A stretch of 64,000 nucleotides of DNA from Candidatus Kuenenia stuttgartensis (GTDB lineage: Bacteria > Planctomycetota > Planctomycetia > Pirellulales > UBA1268), in contig CAMBFA010000004.1 in assembly GCA_945865325.1 (NCBI GenBank), positions 114 through 64,113 on the forward strand. The letters run 5' to 3'. The notes under the pieces are model-generated. The model searched no databases. It worked only from the letters and a program-made list of their open reading frames with translations, and was not told where the DNA came from. Shown one piece after another: positions 56,857-64,000 of the stretch. Positions within the stretch are counted from its first letter, which is position 1; each line of letters begins with the position of its first letter. Made by a program: the position numbers and the translations under genes.

Positions 56857-58097
56857 CGAGGGCTCCGCGTTGCCAGACCGGCCCGTTCGACCGGCTCACC
56901 GCCCGTCAGGGTGGACGAACGATCCTCCGCTGGGGAAGCGGCGGCCGGTAGCCCACCTGGCCCCTCAAGCCAGCCCTCCCGGATCTCCCCGGCGGGTCGC
57001 CCCCATCCGGGAAACAGCCCCCCGGGGAGGAACAGTTGCCAGAACATCGCGCCGGCGAACATCACGGCCGCGATCGGCGTGCAGTACTTCAGGCAGGTCG
57101 TCATCACTTGATCGATCCGCAACCGGGGGAGCGTCCAGCGGATCCACATCATGAACAGCACACCGAGCGTCGCCTTACCCATGAAGTTCGCCAGCCCCAT
57201 GAGCCGGACGACGTAGGCCGCACTCTCCCCCGTGCCATCGCTGAAGCCGAGCAACTGGGCCACTGGCACCGGGCCGTTCCAGCCACCGAGGAAGAGCACC
57301 GCAGCCAGACCGCTGACAAGGAACATCGAGCCGTACTCGGCCATGAAGAAGAAGCTCCAGCGGAGCCCCGAGTATTCGGTGTGGAATCCTGCCACCAGCT
57401 CACTCTCTGCCTCGGCGAGATCGAAGGGGGCGCGGTTCACGCTCGCCACGGCGCAGGTCACATAGACCGAGAAAATGATGAACGTGAACGGGTCGTGAAA
57501 GAGATACCAGCTCGACATCCAGCCGGCCTGTTTCTCGCCGATCGTGACCAGATCCATGGAGCCGGCGAGCATCACCGGGACGACGACGCACATCCCCAGC
57601 GGCACCTCGTAGCTCACCACTTGAGCCGCTTCGCGCATCGCCCCAAACAACGACCATTTCGAGGCCGAGGCGTAGCCGGCGAGGATCACGCCGAACACCT
57701 CTAGGCCGAGCACGGCGACGACGAAAAAGACGCCCACATTGAGCCGTTGACCGACGACGTCAAAGGCAAAGGGCAGAGCGATGAACGCGCAGAACGACGC
57801 GCAGAAGCTCACATAAGGGGCGAGCCGGAAAAGGAGTCCGTCGGCGCCCTCGGGCATCAGGTCCTCCTTGGCGAGGAGTTTGATGCCGTCGGCGAGCGAC
57901 TGGAGCCAACCGAAACGCCCGCCGGTGCGGGTCGGGCCGAGGCGATCCTGGATCCGGGCGGCGATCTTCCGCTCCGCCCAGATGAACACGAGCGCACCAC
58001 CGGCGATGACGTTCAAGAGCAGGACCGCGGCCACGAGGGCAGCGATGCTCCAAGCCACCCAACCGGGTAGCCCCAGACCGATCAGGAATTCAACCAT
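56853..58097 (-). CDS. nuoH: NADH-quinone oxidoreductase subunit H
   Basis: 414 aa. WAERKIAARIQDRLGPTRTGG, GWLQSLADGIKLLAKED, APFDLAEAESELVAGFHTEYSG, RWTLPRLRIDQ. About 60-aa C-terminal extension. Confidence 0.92.
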   Translation of the reverse strand: MVEFLIGLGLPGWVAWSIAALVAAVLLLNVIAGGALVFIWAERKIAARIQDRLGPTRTGGRFGWLQSLADGIKLLAKEDLMPEGADGLLFRLAPYVSFCASFCAFIALPFAFDVVGQRLNVGVFFVVAVLGLEVFGVILAGYASASKWSLFGAMREAAQVVSYEVPLGMCVVVPVMLAGSMDLVTIGEKQAGWMSSWYLFHDPFTFIIFSVYVTCAVASVNRAPFDLAEAESELVAGFHTEYSGLRWSFFFMAEYGSMFLVSGLAAVLFLGGWNGPVPVAQLLGFSDGTGESAAYVVRLMGLANFMGKATLGVLFMMWIRWTLPRLRIDQVMTTCLKYCTPIAAVMFAGAMFWQLFLPGGLFPGWGRPAGEIREGWLEGPGGLPAAASPAEDRSSTLTGGEPVERAGLATRSPR

Positions 58098-58119
58098 GCA
58101 CCACCCATTTCACACCCTG

Positions 58120-58148
58120 GGTAAAAACCGGCGGACCAGGTTTTTACC
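58120..58148. other. perfect 10-bp inverted repeat (GGTAAAAACC-N9-GGTTTTTACC) in the A+T-richer nuoD-nuoH spacer
   Basis: Read directly. It lies inside the 179-nt non-coding spacer 58098-58276, where canonical operons carry nuoEFG. Function is unknown (RNA hairpin or protein-binding palindrome). Confidence 0.6.
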
Positions 58149-58276
58149 GTCGAAAAACCGACATCCTGAAAAATTTCCACGAAGTTTGACCTACACCGCG
58201 GCGAATCACAAGGGCCAACGGGAAAACCGCCGCGGAGCCGTTCCGCGCCCTGCGCCAGGGCTCGAACCACCGGGGG

Positions 58277-59485
58277 TCAGCGATCGATCTCACCCATCAC
58301 GATGTCGAGGCTGCCGACGATCGCTGGAACATCGGCGATCAAGCAGCCGCGGCACAGCTCGTGCGTCACCGAGAGGTTTGAGAACGAGCTCGACCGGGCC
58401 CGGACCCGCCACGGGATCGAGGTGCCGTTGCCGACGACATAGAACCCCATCTGTCCTTTTGGCGCCTCGGTCTCGAGGTAGGCATCGCCGACAGGAAGTT
58501 TCTCGAAGAGCTTGAGCGGTTCGGGGAGCGGCTCCGGGCAGGCGGCGTAGCGGTCGATCGCTTGACGGACCAGGTCCATCGACTGCACGACCTCGAGCAT
58601 GCGGACGAAGAACCGGTGCCAGCAGTCGCCGAGCACGGCTTCCGACGGCACCGTCGGGTAGCTGTGGTCGCGGGGATAACGCCCTTCCTTTTGCACCGCC
58701 ACTTCGAAGGCGTAGCCGTCGTACATCCCGGTGTAGAGGCTCTCGCCGTCCCGGCGCAGGTCCTGGTCGACACCGCTGCCGCGGAGCACCGGCCCACTGC
58801 AGCCGTAGTCGATCGCCATCGCGCGGGAGAGCACCCCGATGCCGGCGGTTCGCTTGACGAAGATCGCGTTGGTCGTGAGGAGGGCGTGGTACTCCTTGAT
58901 GATCGGCTCGAACTGGTCGAGGAACGCCTCACAGCGCTGCAGCCAGCCGGGAGGGAGATCGGCGGTCGCCCCGCCGACAGTGATGTAGCTGTAGGTGAGC
59001 CGCGCGCCGCAGGCCTCTTCGAACAGGTCGAGGATCCTCTCGCGCTCACGGAACGCATAGAGAAACGGGCTGAAAGTCCCTAGGTCGAGGCCGTAGGCCC
59101 CCATCCCGACGAGATGGCTGGAGATCCGGTTCAACTCGGCAATCAGCACCCGGAGGTGACGGGCCTTCTCCCCGACCTCATGGCGCATCAGTTTCTCGAC
59201 CGTCAGGGCCCAGCCGAGATTCATGTTCATCGCCGCCAGGTAGTCGAGCCTGTCGGTGTAGGGGATCCACTGGCGGGGGGTAAGATTCTCGCCGATCTTC
59301 TCGGCACAGCGGTGGAGATACCCGATGTGGGGCTCGGTCTCCGAGACGATTTCACCGTCGGTCCGCAGCACCAACCGCAGCACGCCATGCGTGCTCGGGT
59401 GCTGCGGACCCATGTTGACGAGCATCTCGTCGGTACGGACGTCGAACTCGATGATCCGCGGATCGTCTTCGATGAGGTCTGGCAT
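58277..59485 (-). CDS. nuoD: NADH-quinone oxidoreductase subunit D
   Basis: 402 aa. MLVNMGPQHPSTHGVLRLVL, HIGYLHRCAEKIGE, C-terminal ADVPAIVGSLDIVMGEIDR. Confidence 0.94.
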   Translation of the reverse strand: MPDLIEDDPRIIEFDVRTDEMLVNMGPQHPSTHGVLRLVLRTDGEIVSETEPHIGYLHRCAEKIGENLTPRQWIPYTDRLDYLAAMNMNLGWALTVEKLMRHEVGEKARHLRVLIAELNRISSHLVGMGAYGLDLGTFSPFLYAFRERERILDLFEEACGARLTYSYITVGGATADLPPGWLQRCEAFLDQFEPIIKEYHALLTTNAIFVKRTAGIGVLSRAMAIDYGCSGPVLRGSGVDQDLRRDGESLYTGMYDGYAFEVAVQKEGRYPRDHSYPTVPSEAVLGDCWHRFFVRMLEVVQSMDLVRQAIDRYAACPEPLPEPLKLFEKLPVGDAYLETEAPKGQMGFYVVGNGTSIPWRVRARSSSFSNLSVTHELCRGCLIADVPAIVGSLDIVMGEIDR

Positions 59486-59566
59486 GGCGGTTCACTCCGG
59501 AGGGGAGACGGGAGCGGAGGGCGTGGGAGGGATGAAGGATCGAACGTGACCCGACCGTGACGGGCT

Positions 59567-60103
59567 TCAACGACAGCGGATGCCGTGGTATTCCGTCGGC
59601 ATCTCGTAATCCTTGCGGAGGGGGTAGCCGACCCAATCTTCGGGACAGAGGATCCGGCGGAGATCGGGATGACCGGAGAAGGACACGCCGGAGAGATCGT
59701 AGACCTCCCGCTCGTGCCAGTCGGCGGTGCGCCACACGCCGGCGACACTCGGAATCTCCGGGAGGTGGCCAGCGACGTCACCGCTCCAGCGCGGAAGCTT
59801 GACCTTGAGCACGAGAGTAGCGCGGGCCGGCGTGCTCCAGAGGTGGTAAACCATCTCCAAGTGCGGTTGCCAAGAAACCTTGGCCGCCTTCTTGGGATCG
59901 GTCTCGAGCCAATCGACCGCCGTGATGCATTGCAGCGAGTCGAAGCGCGGCTCCCCCCTCGATTTCAACCACTGGCAGACCTCCGCGATCCGCGCCGGAG
60001 CGATCTCGATCCACGGATCGAGTGCCTCGAGTTGGCTCCCCACCACGGCTCCGGGGCAGGCAGCCTCGATCGATTCAAGAAAACCAGGACCTTTCATCGC
60101 CAC
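59567..60103 (-). CDS. nuoC: NADH-quinone oxidoreductase subunit C
   Basis: 178 aa. SLQCITAVDW, SVAGVWRTADWHEREVYDLSGVSFSGHPDLRRIL, PLRKDY. Confidence 0.9.
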   Translation of the reverse strand: MAMKGPGFLESIEAACPGAVVGSQLEALDPWIEIAPARIAEVCQWLKSRGEPRFDSLQCITAVDWLETDPKKAAKVSWQPHLEMVYHLWSTPARATLVLKVKLPRWSGDVAGHLPEIPSVAGVWRTADWHEREVYDLSGVSFSGHPDLRRILCPEDWVGYPLRKDYEMPTEYHGIRCR

Positions 60104-60157
60104 GACTCCTGTGGTTCACGCCACGGCCTCGATCCACGCCCGATCCCCCGCCGACCA

Positions 60158-60808
60158 TCAGCGCCCGGACGCGGCCCCGCGCTCGTTCGACGTCGCCCGC
60201 ACCCAATCGAGGTCACCGCGATTCCAGACGTACGCGAAACCGACCAGCAGCACTGCGAAAAATGTCACCATGTCGGCAACCGCCAGACGGGCGAGCAATC
60301 CTCCCGCCCGGGTGACGTCCTGCCGGGCCGAAGCCAGCCCCACGGCCGCTGGCGGTGCCACCGCCACGGCCGAGGGATCGACCTCCACCCCGCCAGGAAT
60401 GGCGATCCGGGAGAAATCGGGCAAGACCGGGCGATCGATCCCCAGTTCCCGTAGCAGGCCGGCGGCGGCGGGCGTCAACGACACGCCGTCAGCCTGCACC
60501 GTCTGGAGGGCCGGATCGGACAGTTGCGTTGCCTTGCCGAAGACCGTTGCCCAGGGAAAGAAGAGTGCAACCTCAACGTCGAAGATGATGAACAGCAACG
60601 CCACGACGTAGAACCGGAGGTCGAACTGGACAAAGCTCGAACCGATCGCCGGTTCGCCACACTCGTAGACCTCGAGTTTCTCGGCGTTGGGGAGGCGGGG
60701 GCGCACGAGCCACCCCACGAACAGGTTGACCGCGAGGAAGGCCCCGCCGATCACCACAAAGAGCGCCACGAAACCGGCCAGGATCGTCGGATCGAGAAAC
60801 GAGGGCAT
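60158..60808 (-). CDS. nuoA: NADH-quinone oxidoreductase subunit A with a ~70-aa insertion before the last TM helix
   Basis: 216 aa. KLEVYECGEPAIGSSFVQFDLRFYVVALLFIIFDVEVALFFPWA is the NuoA core, and the last helix is MVTFFAVLLVGFAYVWNRGDLDW. Between them lies an Ala/Pro/Gly-rich segment (KATQLSDPALQTVQADG...DVTRAGGLLARLAV). It contains no NuoB-type Cys motifs. Confidence 0.85.
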   Translation of the reverse strand: MPSFLDPTILAGFVALFVVIGGAFLAVNLFVGWLVRPRLPNAEKLEVYECGEPAIGSSFVQFDLRFYVVALLFIIFDVEVALFFPWATVFGKATQLSDPALQTVQADGVSLTPAAAGLLRELGIDRPVLPDFSRIAIPGGVEVDPSAVAVAPPAAVGLASARQDVTRAGGLLARLAVADMVTFFAVLLVGFAYVWNRGDLDWVRATSNERGAASGR

Positions 60809-61014
60809 GGGAGTGACTCGCGGCGGAGATTCGACAGGGAGCGCGATCGGAGAGGAGCTGAACGAGGAGGTGGAAATCGACCTGAACCAGGAGACCGAGC
60901 TTCGAGGAGGACTGCCATCGGCCGCCTCGAATCAGCCGCCGGAATCTCCTAGCGACTCGGAGCGGGCCGACCACGCACCTCCACCATCTCCGATCACGGC
61001 CGATGGAAGCGTTT

Positions 61015-61542
61015 CTATTGGTTGGGGCCACCGTGGACCGGATCAACGATCACCTTCGAGGCAGCGACGGCCGTCGGATTGAGGGTCGACCTGCCCCAGG
61101 CAGTGTCGACTGGGAGACGGGCGAAGTCGACGATCGTTCCGTCGCGGCTGTAGCAGCTCAGGTCGAGCGTTGATCCCATGAAAATGCAGTCGACGGGGCA
61201 CGGCTCGACGCACAGGGCACAGAACATGCACTTCGAGTAATCGATCGTGAAGCCGCTGATCTGGAAGCCCTTGCCGCCGGTGACGCGTTCCTTGCCGATG
61301 TAGATGCAGTCGACGGGGCACGCCTTAGCGCACTGGTCGCAGGCGATGCAGGTCGTCAGGTCATAGCGGTGGAATCCCCGGTAACGGGCCGCCACCGGAG
61401 CCGGGAGTTCCGGATATTCGAAGTGTTCGGTGAACGTCCGCCGTTTCTGGTCGTAGGTGCTGCCGAACACCCGGAGCGTGACGAGCAGGCCCTGCATCAC
61501 CGTGGCGACGGCGGTGTAGACGTTGCGAAACCACTCGGTCAT
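61015..61542 (-). CDS. nuoI: NADH-quinone oxidoreductase subunit I (2x[4Fe-4S] ferredoxin-type), encoded first in the cluster
   Basis: Start MTEWFRNVYTAVATVMQGLLVTLRVF at 61542 inside ORF 61015..61758. Motifs YRGFHRYDLTTCIACDQCAKACPVDCI and DYSKCMFCALCVEPCPVDCI. Confidence 0.85.
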   Translation of the reverse strand: MTEWFRNVYTAVATVMQGLLVTLRVFGSTYDQKRRTFTEHFEYPELPAPVAARYRGFHRYDLTTCIACDQCAKACPVDCIYIGKERVTGGKGFQISGFTIDYSKCMFCALCVEPCPVDCIFMGSTLDLSCYSRDGTIVDFARLPVDTAWGRSTLNPTAVAASKVIVDPVHGGPNQ

Positions 61543-61581
61543 GGAAAACCCAGCGCTGGGGGGACGGCGGCAATCCGCCAG

Positions 61582-61629
61582 GGAACAGGACTGCGGAACA
61601 GGACTGCAAGACTGGACTTCGGAACAGGG
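61582..61629. repeat. 13-bp tandem repeat GGAACAGGACTGC (2 perfect copies, 1 degenerate, 1 partial)
   Basis: Read directly: GGAACAGGACTGC GGAACAGGACTGC AAGACTGGACTTC GGAACAGGG. It lies 40-90 nt upstream of the nuoI start codon and on the opposite-strand side of csrA2. Confidence 0.9.
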
Positions 61630-62017
61630 CGTCGAACGCACCGGCCAGAGACGGGGTGTGGCGGTGGGGAGCGTCCCGACCCCGGTCTGGTCTCCGTCAA
61701 TCCACGGTCGATACGAAGTATAGGAGGAGAGGGAATCCCCACAAGCCGCGACCGGCATCCCCCGCGCATGCCCCCGGCAAAGCTCCCCGGTCCGCCTCCG
61801 TCAGGCCGGAGCGGTACTGCAGCCGATGCCTCAGGGATCGGGGGGCTGACTGGCAGCGGAGAGCCTGTCCCTCCGATCGGGCTGCGAGCGGAGGGCCCGG
61901 GGCTCACGGCGACCGCGACGAGCCAAACTGTCCAGTTGCCGTTCCTCCCCCAGCGGCCGTTTGGGAGGGCAAACCGGAGCGAAAAGACCAAAAGAGCCCA
62001 AAAGAGCATTGCGCAGC

Positions 62018-62045
62018 TTGACGAAACAACGGAAACATTTACAGT
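62018..62045 (+). promoter_or_regulatory. candidate sigma-70-type promoter for csrA copy 2
   Basis: TTGACG (62018-62023) - 16 nt - TACAGT (62040-62045) in a locally A+T-rich patch, ~110 nt upstream of the ATG at 62158. Pattern match only. Confidence 0.3.
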
Positions 62046-62157
62046 TACTTGGTTTGAATCGATTGACGAACTTGCTCATCCCCACGCCGGTTGGACCGGT
62101 GAGACTGGCGGCCGTTCCCCGAACGGTGTCTGTCGCCCTAGCGTCAAGGAACGATCC

Positions 62158-62445
62158 ATGCTTGTCCTGTCGCGGAAGAAGGACGAGAGCATCGTCATCA
62201 ACAACGACATCACGATTGTGGTGGTGGAAATCCGTGGGGACAAGGTCCGTCTCGGGGTGGAAGCCCCCAAGGAAGTGCCGGTCCATCGGAGAGAGGTTTT
62301 CGACGCCATCGCCCGAGGTGAAGACGCGCTCGCCGACGCCGATTCGTCTTCCCCTGCCCTTTCTTCCCCTGTCATCGGGGTCGCGGATTCGTCGGCCGCC
62401 GCGGCTGGCCCCCTCGACGACCTACGATCCGAACCACTCTCCTGA
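62158..62445 (+). CDS. csrA: carbon storage regulator CsrA (copy 2, no adjacent fliW)
   Basis: Only the last 95 codons of ORF 61369..62445 are gene-like: [55 protein letters not shown] plus an acidic/Ser-Ala tail. AAGGA lies 7 nt upstream of the ATG. Confidence 0.9.
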   Translation: MLVLSRKKDESIVINNDITIVVVEIRGDKVRLGVEAPKEVPVHRREVFDAIARGEDALADADSSSPALSSPVIGVADSSAAAAGPLDDLRSEPLS

Positions 62446-62595
62446 AAAGCTCCCCACCCCGAGGGTGACGTCCTTCGGCGAGTTGGGGATTTCGGCAACC
62501 AGGCGTGGAGCCCTTCCCAGAATCGATTTCCCCGGCGACGATCTTCGAGCGACGTTTTTTTGATGTATCGGTTTTCCGTCCGCGCCGCAACCTCC

Positions 62596-62668
62596 GGCCC
62601 CATCGTCTAGAGGCCTAGGACACGGGCCTTTCAAGCCTGCGACCGGGGTTCGAATCCCCGTGGGGTCA
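62596..62668 (+). tRNA. tRNA-Glu (anticodon UUC)
   Basis: GGCCCCATCGTCTAGAGGCCTAGGACAC-GGGCCTTTCAAGCCTG-CGAC-CGGGGTTCGAATCCCCG-TGGGGTC-A. It is collinear with E. coli tRNA-Glu (D-loop TCTAGAGGCC, anticodon loop CTTTCAA). Confidence 0.9.
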
Positions 62669-62873
62669 TTTGTGCGGCGCGGGCGGAAACCGCAACAACG
62701 CGGAGCTTCGGCGGCCGGGGCATTGCCAATGCCTCTTGGCGGCCGTGCCCCTCGCCAACCGCCATGGCCGGCGAGTCCTCGGTCGGCCGCCGGCGATTGG
62801 AGTGTCACTTCCCCCTTTGCCCCGCGGACTTTTCGGAGACTCAGGCCACGACCAGCGTTGTGAGCCCCCCCCC

Positions 62874-63947
62874 ATGGCAGGTAACTACGACGCGGTGCTC
62901 CTCGTCTCGTTCGGCGGCCCAGATGGCCCCGACGATGTGATGCCGTTCCTGGAAAACGTGCTCCGCGGCCGCAACGTTCCGAGGGAGCGAATGCTCGAAG
63001 TGGCGGAGCACTACCACCACTTCGGCGGCCGGAGCCCGATCAACGCCCAGAACCTGGCCCTTTTGGAGGCCCTCCGGAAGGAACTCGCGGACCACGGCCC
63101 CGATCTCCCGGTTTACTGGGGCAACCGGAACTGGCACCCGCTTCTGAGCGACACGCTCCGCGAGATGGCCGATGCGGGCATCCGGCGCGTGGCGGCATTT
63201 GTCACCAGCGCGTACAGCAGTTATTCAGGCTGCCGTCAGTACCGCGAGAACCTTCAGGCTGCCTGTGCCCCGTTGGGAGACCGGGCCCCCCGGGTCGACA
63301 AGCTCCGCGTGTTCTTCAATCACCCGGGATTTATCGGCCCGATGGCGGACAACCTCGTCCGCAGTCTGTCGGCCTTTCCCGCCGACCAGCGGCAGAGGAC
63401 GCCCGTGCTGTTCACGGCCCACAGCATCCCGGTCTCGATGGCTGATTCCTGCCGGTATGTCGCCCAACTGCGGGAATCGTGTCGGCTGGTGGCAACCGAG
63501 GCCGGCGTGAGCGATTGGGAGCTCGTCTACCAGAGCCGTAGTGGCGCTCCCGGCCAGCCGTGGCTCGAACCCGACGTCTGCGACCGGATTCGTGCCCTCC
63601 ACGCCGCCGGCGGGGATCGGGTGGTGGTGGCGCCGATCGGATTCATCTCGGACCACATGGAGGTCCTCTACGACCTCGACACGGAGGCGGCTGACCTCTG
63701 CCGGAGCCTCGGGATGCGGTTCGAACGGGTGGCGACCGTCGGCACGGCGCGTCCCTTCGTGTCGATGATCCGCGATCTGGTCGCGGAACGGCACGGCGAG
63801 TCGGCCGAGCGTCTGGCCATCGGAGGCATGCCGGCCAGCCACGACGTCTGTCCTCTCGATTGCTGCCCAGCTCCCCAACGCCCGAGCCTGGCGGCGGGCG
63901 GTCCTCCGGGGAGGCCCGGCGTGTCTCCCCCGGGATCGGCTCGATGA
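62874..63947 (+). CDS. hemH: ferrochelatase
   Basis: Start MAGNYDAVLLVSFGGPDGPDDVMPFLENV at 62874 inside ORF 62670..63947. Contains FTAHSIP and PIGFISDHMEVLYDLD. C-terminal CPLDCC cluster. Confidence 0.88.
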   Translation: MAGNYDAVLLVSFGGPDGPDDVMPFLENVLRGRNVPRERMLEVAEHYHHFGGRSPINAQNLALLEALRKELADHGPDLPVYWGNRNWHPLLSDTLREMADAGIRRVAAFVTSAYSSYSGCRQYRENLQAACAPLGDRAPRVDKLRVFFNHPGFIGPMADNLVRSLSAFPADQRQRTPVLFTAHSIPVSMADSCRYVAQLRESCRLVATEAGVSDWELVYQSRSGAPGQPWLEPDVCDRIRALHAAGGDRVVVAPIGFISDHMEVLYDLDTEAADLCRSLGMRFERVATVGTARPFVSMIRDLVAERHGESAERLAIGGMPASHDVCPLDCCPAPQRPSLAAGGPPGRPGVSPPGSAR

Positions 63948-64000
63948 CCCCCGAGCCCGCCGTTCAGGCCGGCCATCCCGACGACGCCAGGACGGGGCGC
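63944..64000 (+). CDS. 5' end of an unidentified gene translationally coupled to hemH (partial)
   Basis: The ATG at 63944 overlaps the hemH stop (ATGA). It reads MTPEPAVQAGHPDDARTGR... to the window end. This is too short to classify. Confidence 0.35.
   Translation, partial: MTPEPAVQAGHPDDARTGR

Noticed and set aside
58082-58270. 62-aa minus-strand ORF in the nuoD-nuoH spacer as a novel small nuo subunit
   Set aside because: It overlaps the nuoH start region and has no TM segment or convincing start context. Its sequence (MVRALAQGAERLRGGFPVGPCDSPRCRS...) looks non-coding. I report the spacer as a regulatory or structural curiosity instead.
60314-60532. NuoA insertion as a hidden or fused NuoB
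   Set aside because: The inserted segment is Ala/Pro/Gly-rich. It has none of the NuoB Fe-S ligands (CCxxE..., GxCxxxGG, PGCPP); the only Cys in the protein is in the conserved YECGEP.
61369-62445. 358-aa + ORF spanning the nuoI start region and csrA2
   Set aside because: Only the last 95 codons (from the ATG at 62158, preceded by AAGGA) form a CsrA sequence. The first 260 codons cross the nuoI start antisense and the intergenic repeats, with Arg/Pro/Gly-rich composition.

Overview
This is a high-G+C, densely coding bacterial chromosomal window. Gene style suggests Planctomycetota: giant TPR proteins, an HTTM protein, Pro/Ala-rich linkers and many 4-nt start/stop overlaps. That taxonomic call is inference only. 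Most of the six-frame track is spurious Arg/Pro/Ala-rich antisense or out-of-frame ORFs, and many true genes start well inside the listed ORFs; I re-derived those starts by reading the sequence.

Content on the minus strand unless marked (+), in coordinate order:
- 1-3848: an operon with a PspA/IM30-like protein and two tandem SPFH (flotillin-like) paralogs. The first paralog runs off the window edge and is absent from the ORF track.
- 4110-15836: an 11.7-kb 2-oxoacid dehydrogenase supercluster, lpd-aceE-aceF-sucA-sucB-lpd.
- 15992-24214: an HTTM protein (+), tRNA-Leu(UAG) (+), a Cys-rich secreted protein, a 1468-aa anchored TPR protein (+) and a small TPR protein.
- 24694-25551: lpxA (+).
- 25806-35299 (+): a seven-gene chemosensory operon in Wsp order (MCP, CheW, CheR-TPR, Cys-motif CheW, CheA-REC, CheB). 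It is headed by a translationally coupled AmiC/UrtA-like binding protein and has no linked output regulator.
- 35277-40371: amidase, an unknown membrane protein and an M32 carboxypeptidase.
- 40452-46494: a PIG-L deacetylase (+), a small ORF plus xerC (+), a NarL-type regulator, hemC, comF-like and an LptF/G-like permease (+).
- 46576-47589: a 9-bp x7 tandem repeat upstream of fliW-csrA (+).
- 47621-49566: a thioredoxin-like protein, tatD and a small unknown ORF.
- 49592-61542: a non-canonical complex I operon, nuoI-A-C-D-H-J-K-L-M-N. It has no nuoB and no nuoEFG, and its membrane subunits are enlarged.
- 62158-64000 (+): a second orphan csrA, tRNA-Glu(UUC), hemH and the first codons of a coupled downstream gene.

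I found no rRNA, CRISPR array, transposase, phage gene or recognisable defence system. The most unusual items are the PBP-coupled, output-less Wsp-like pathway, the nuoB-less rearranged nuo operon, the dual csrA loci with repeat elements, and the PspA-like/SPFH operon. All family assignments come from motif recognition by eye and need HMM confirmation.
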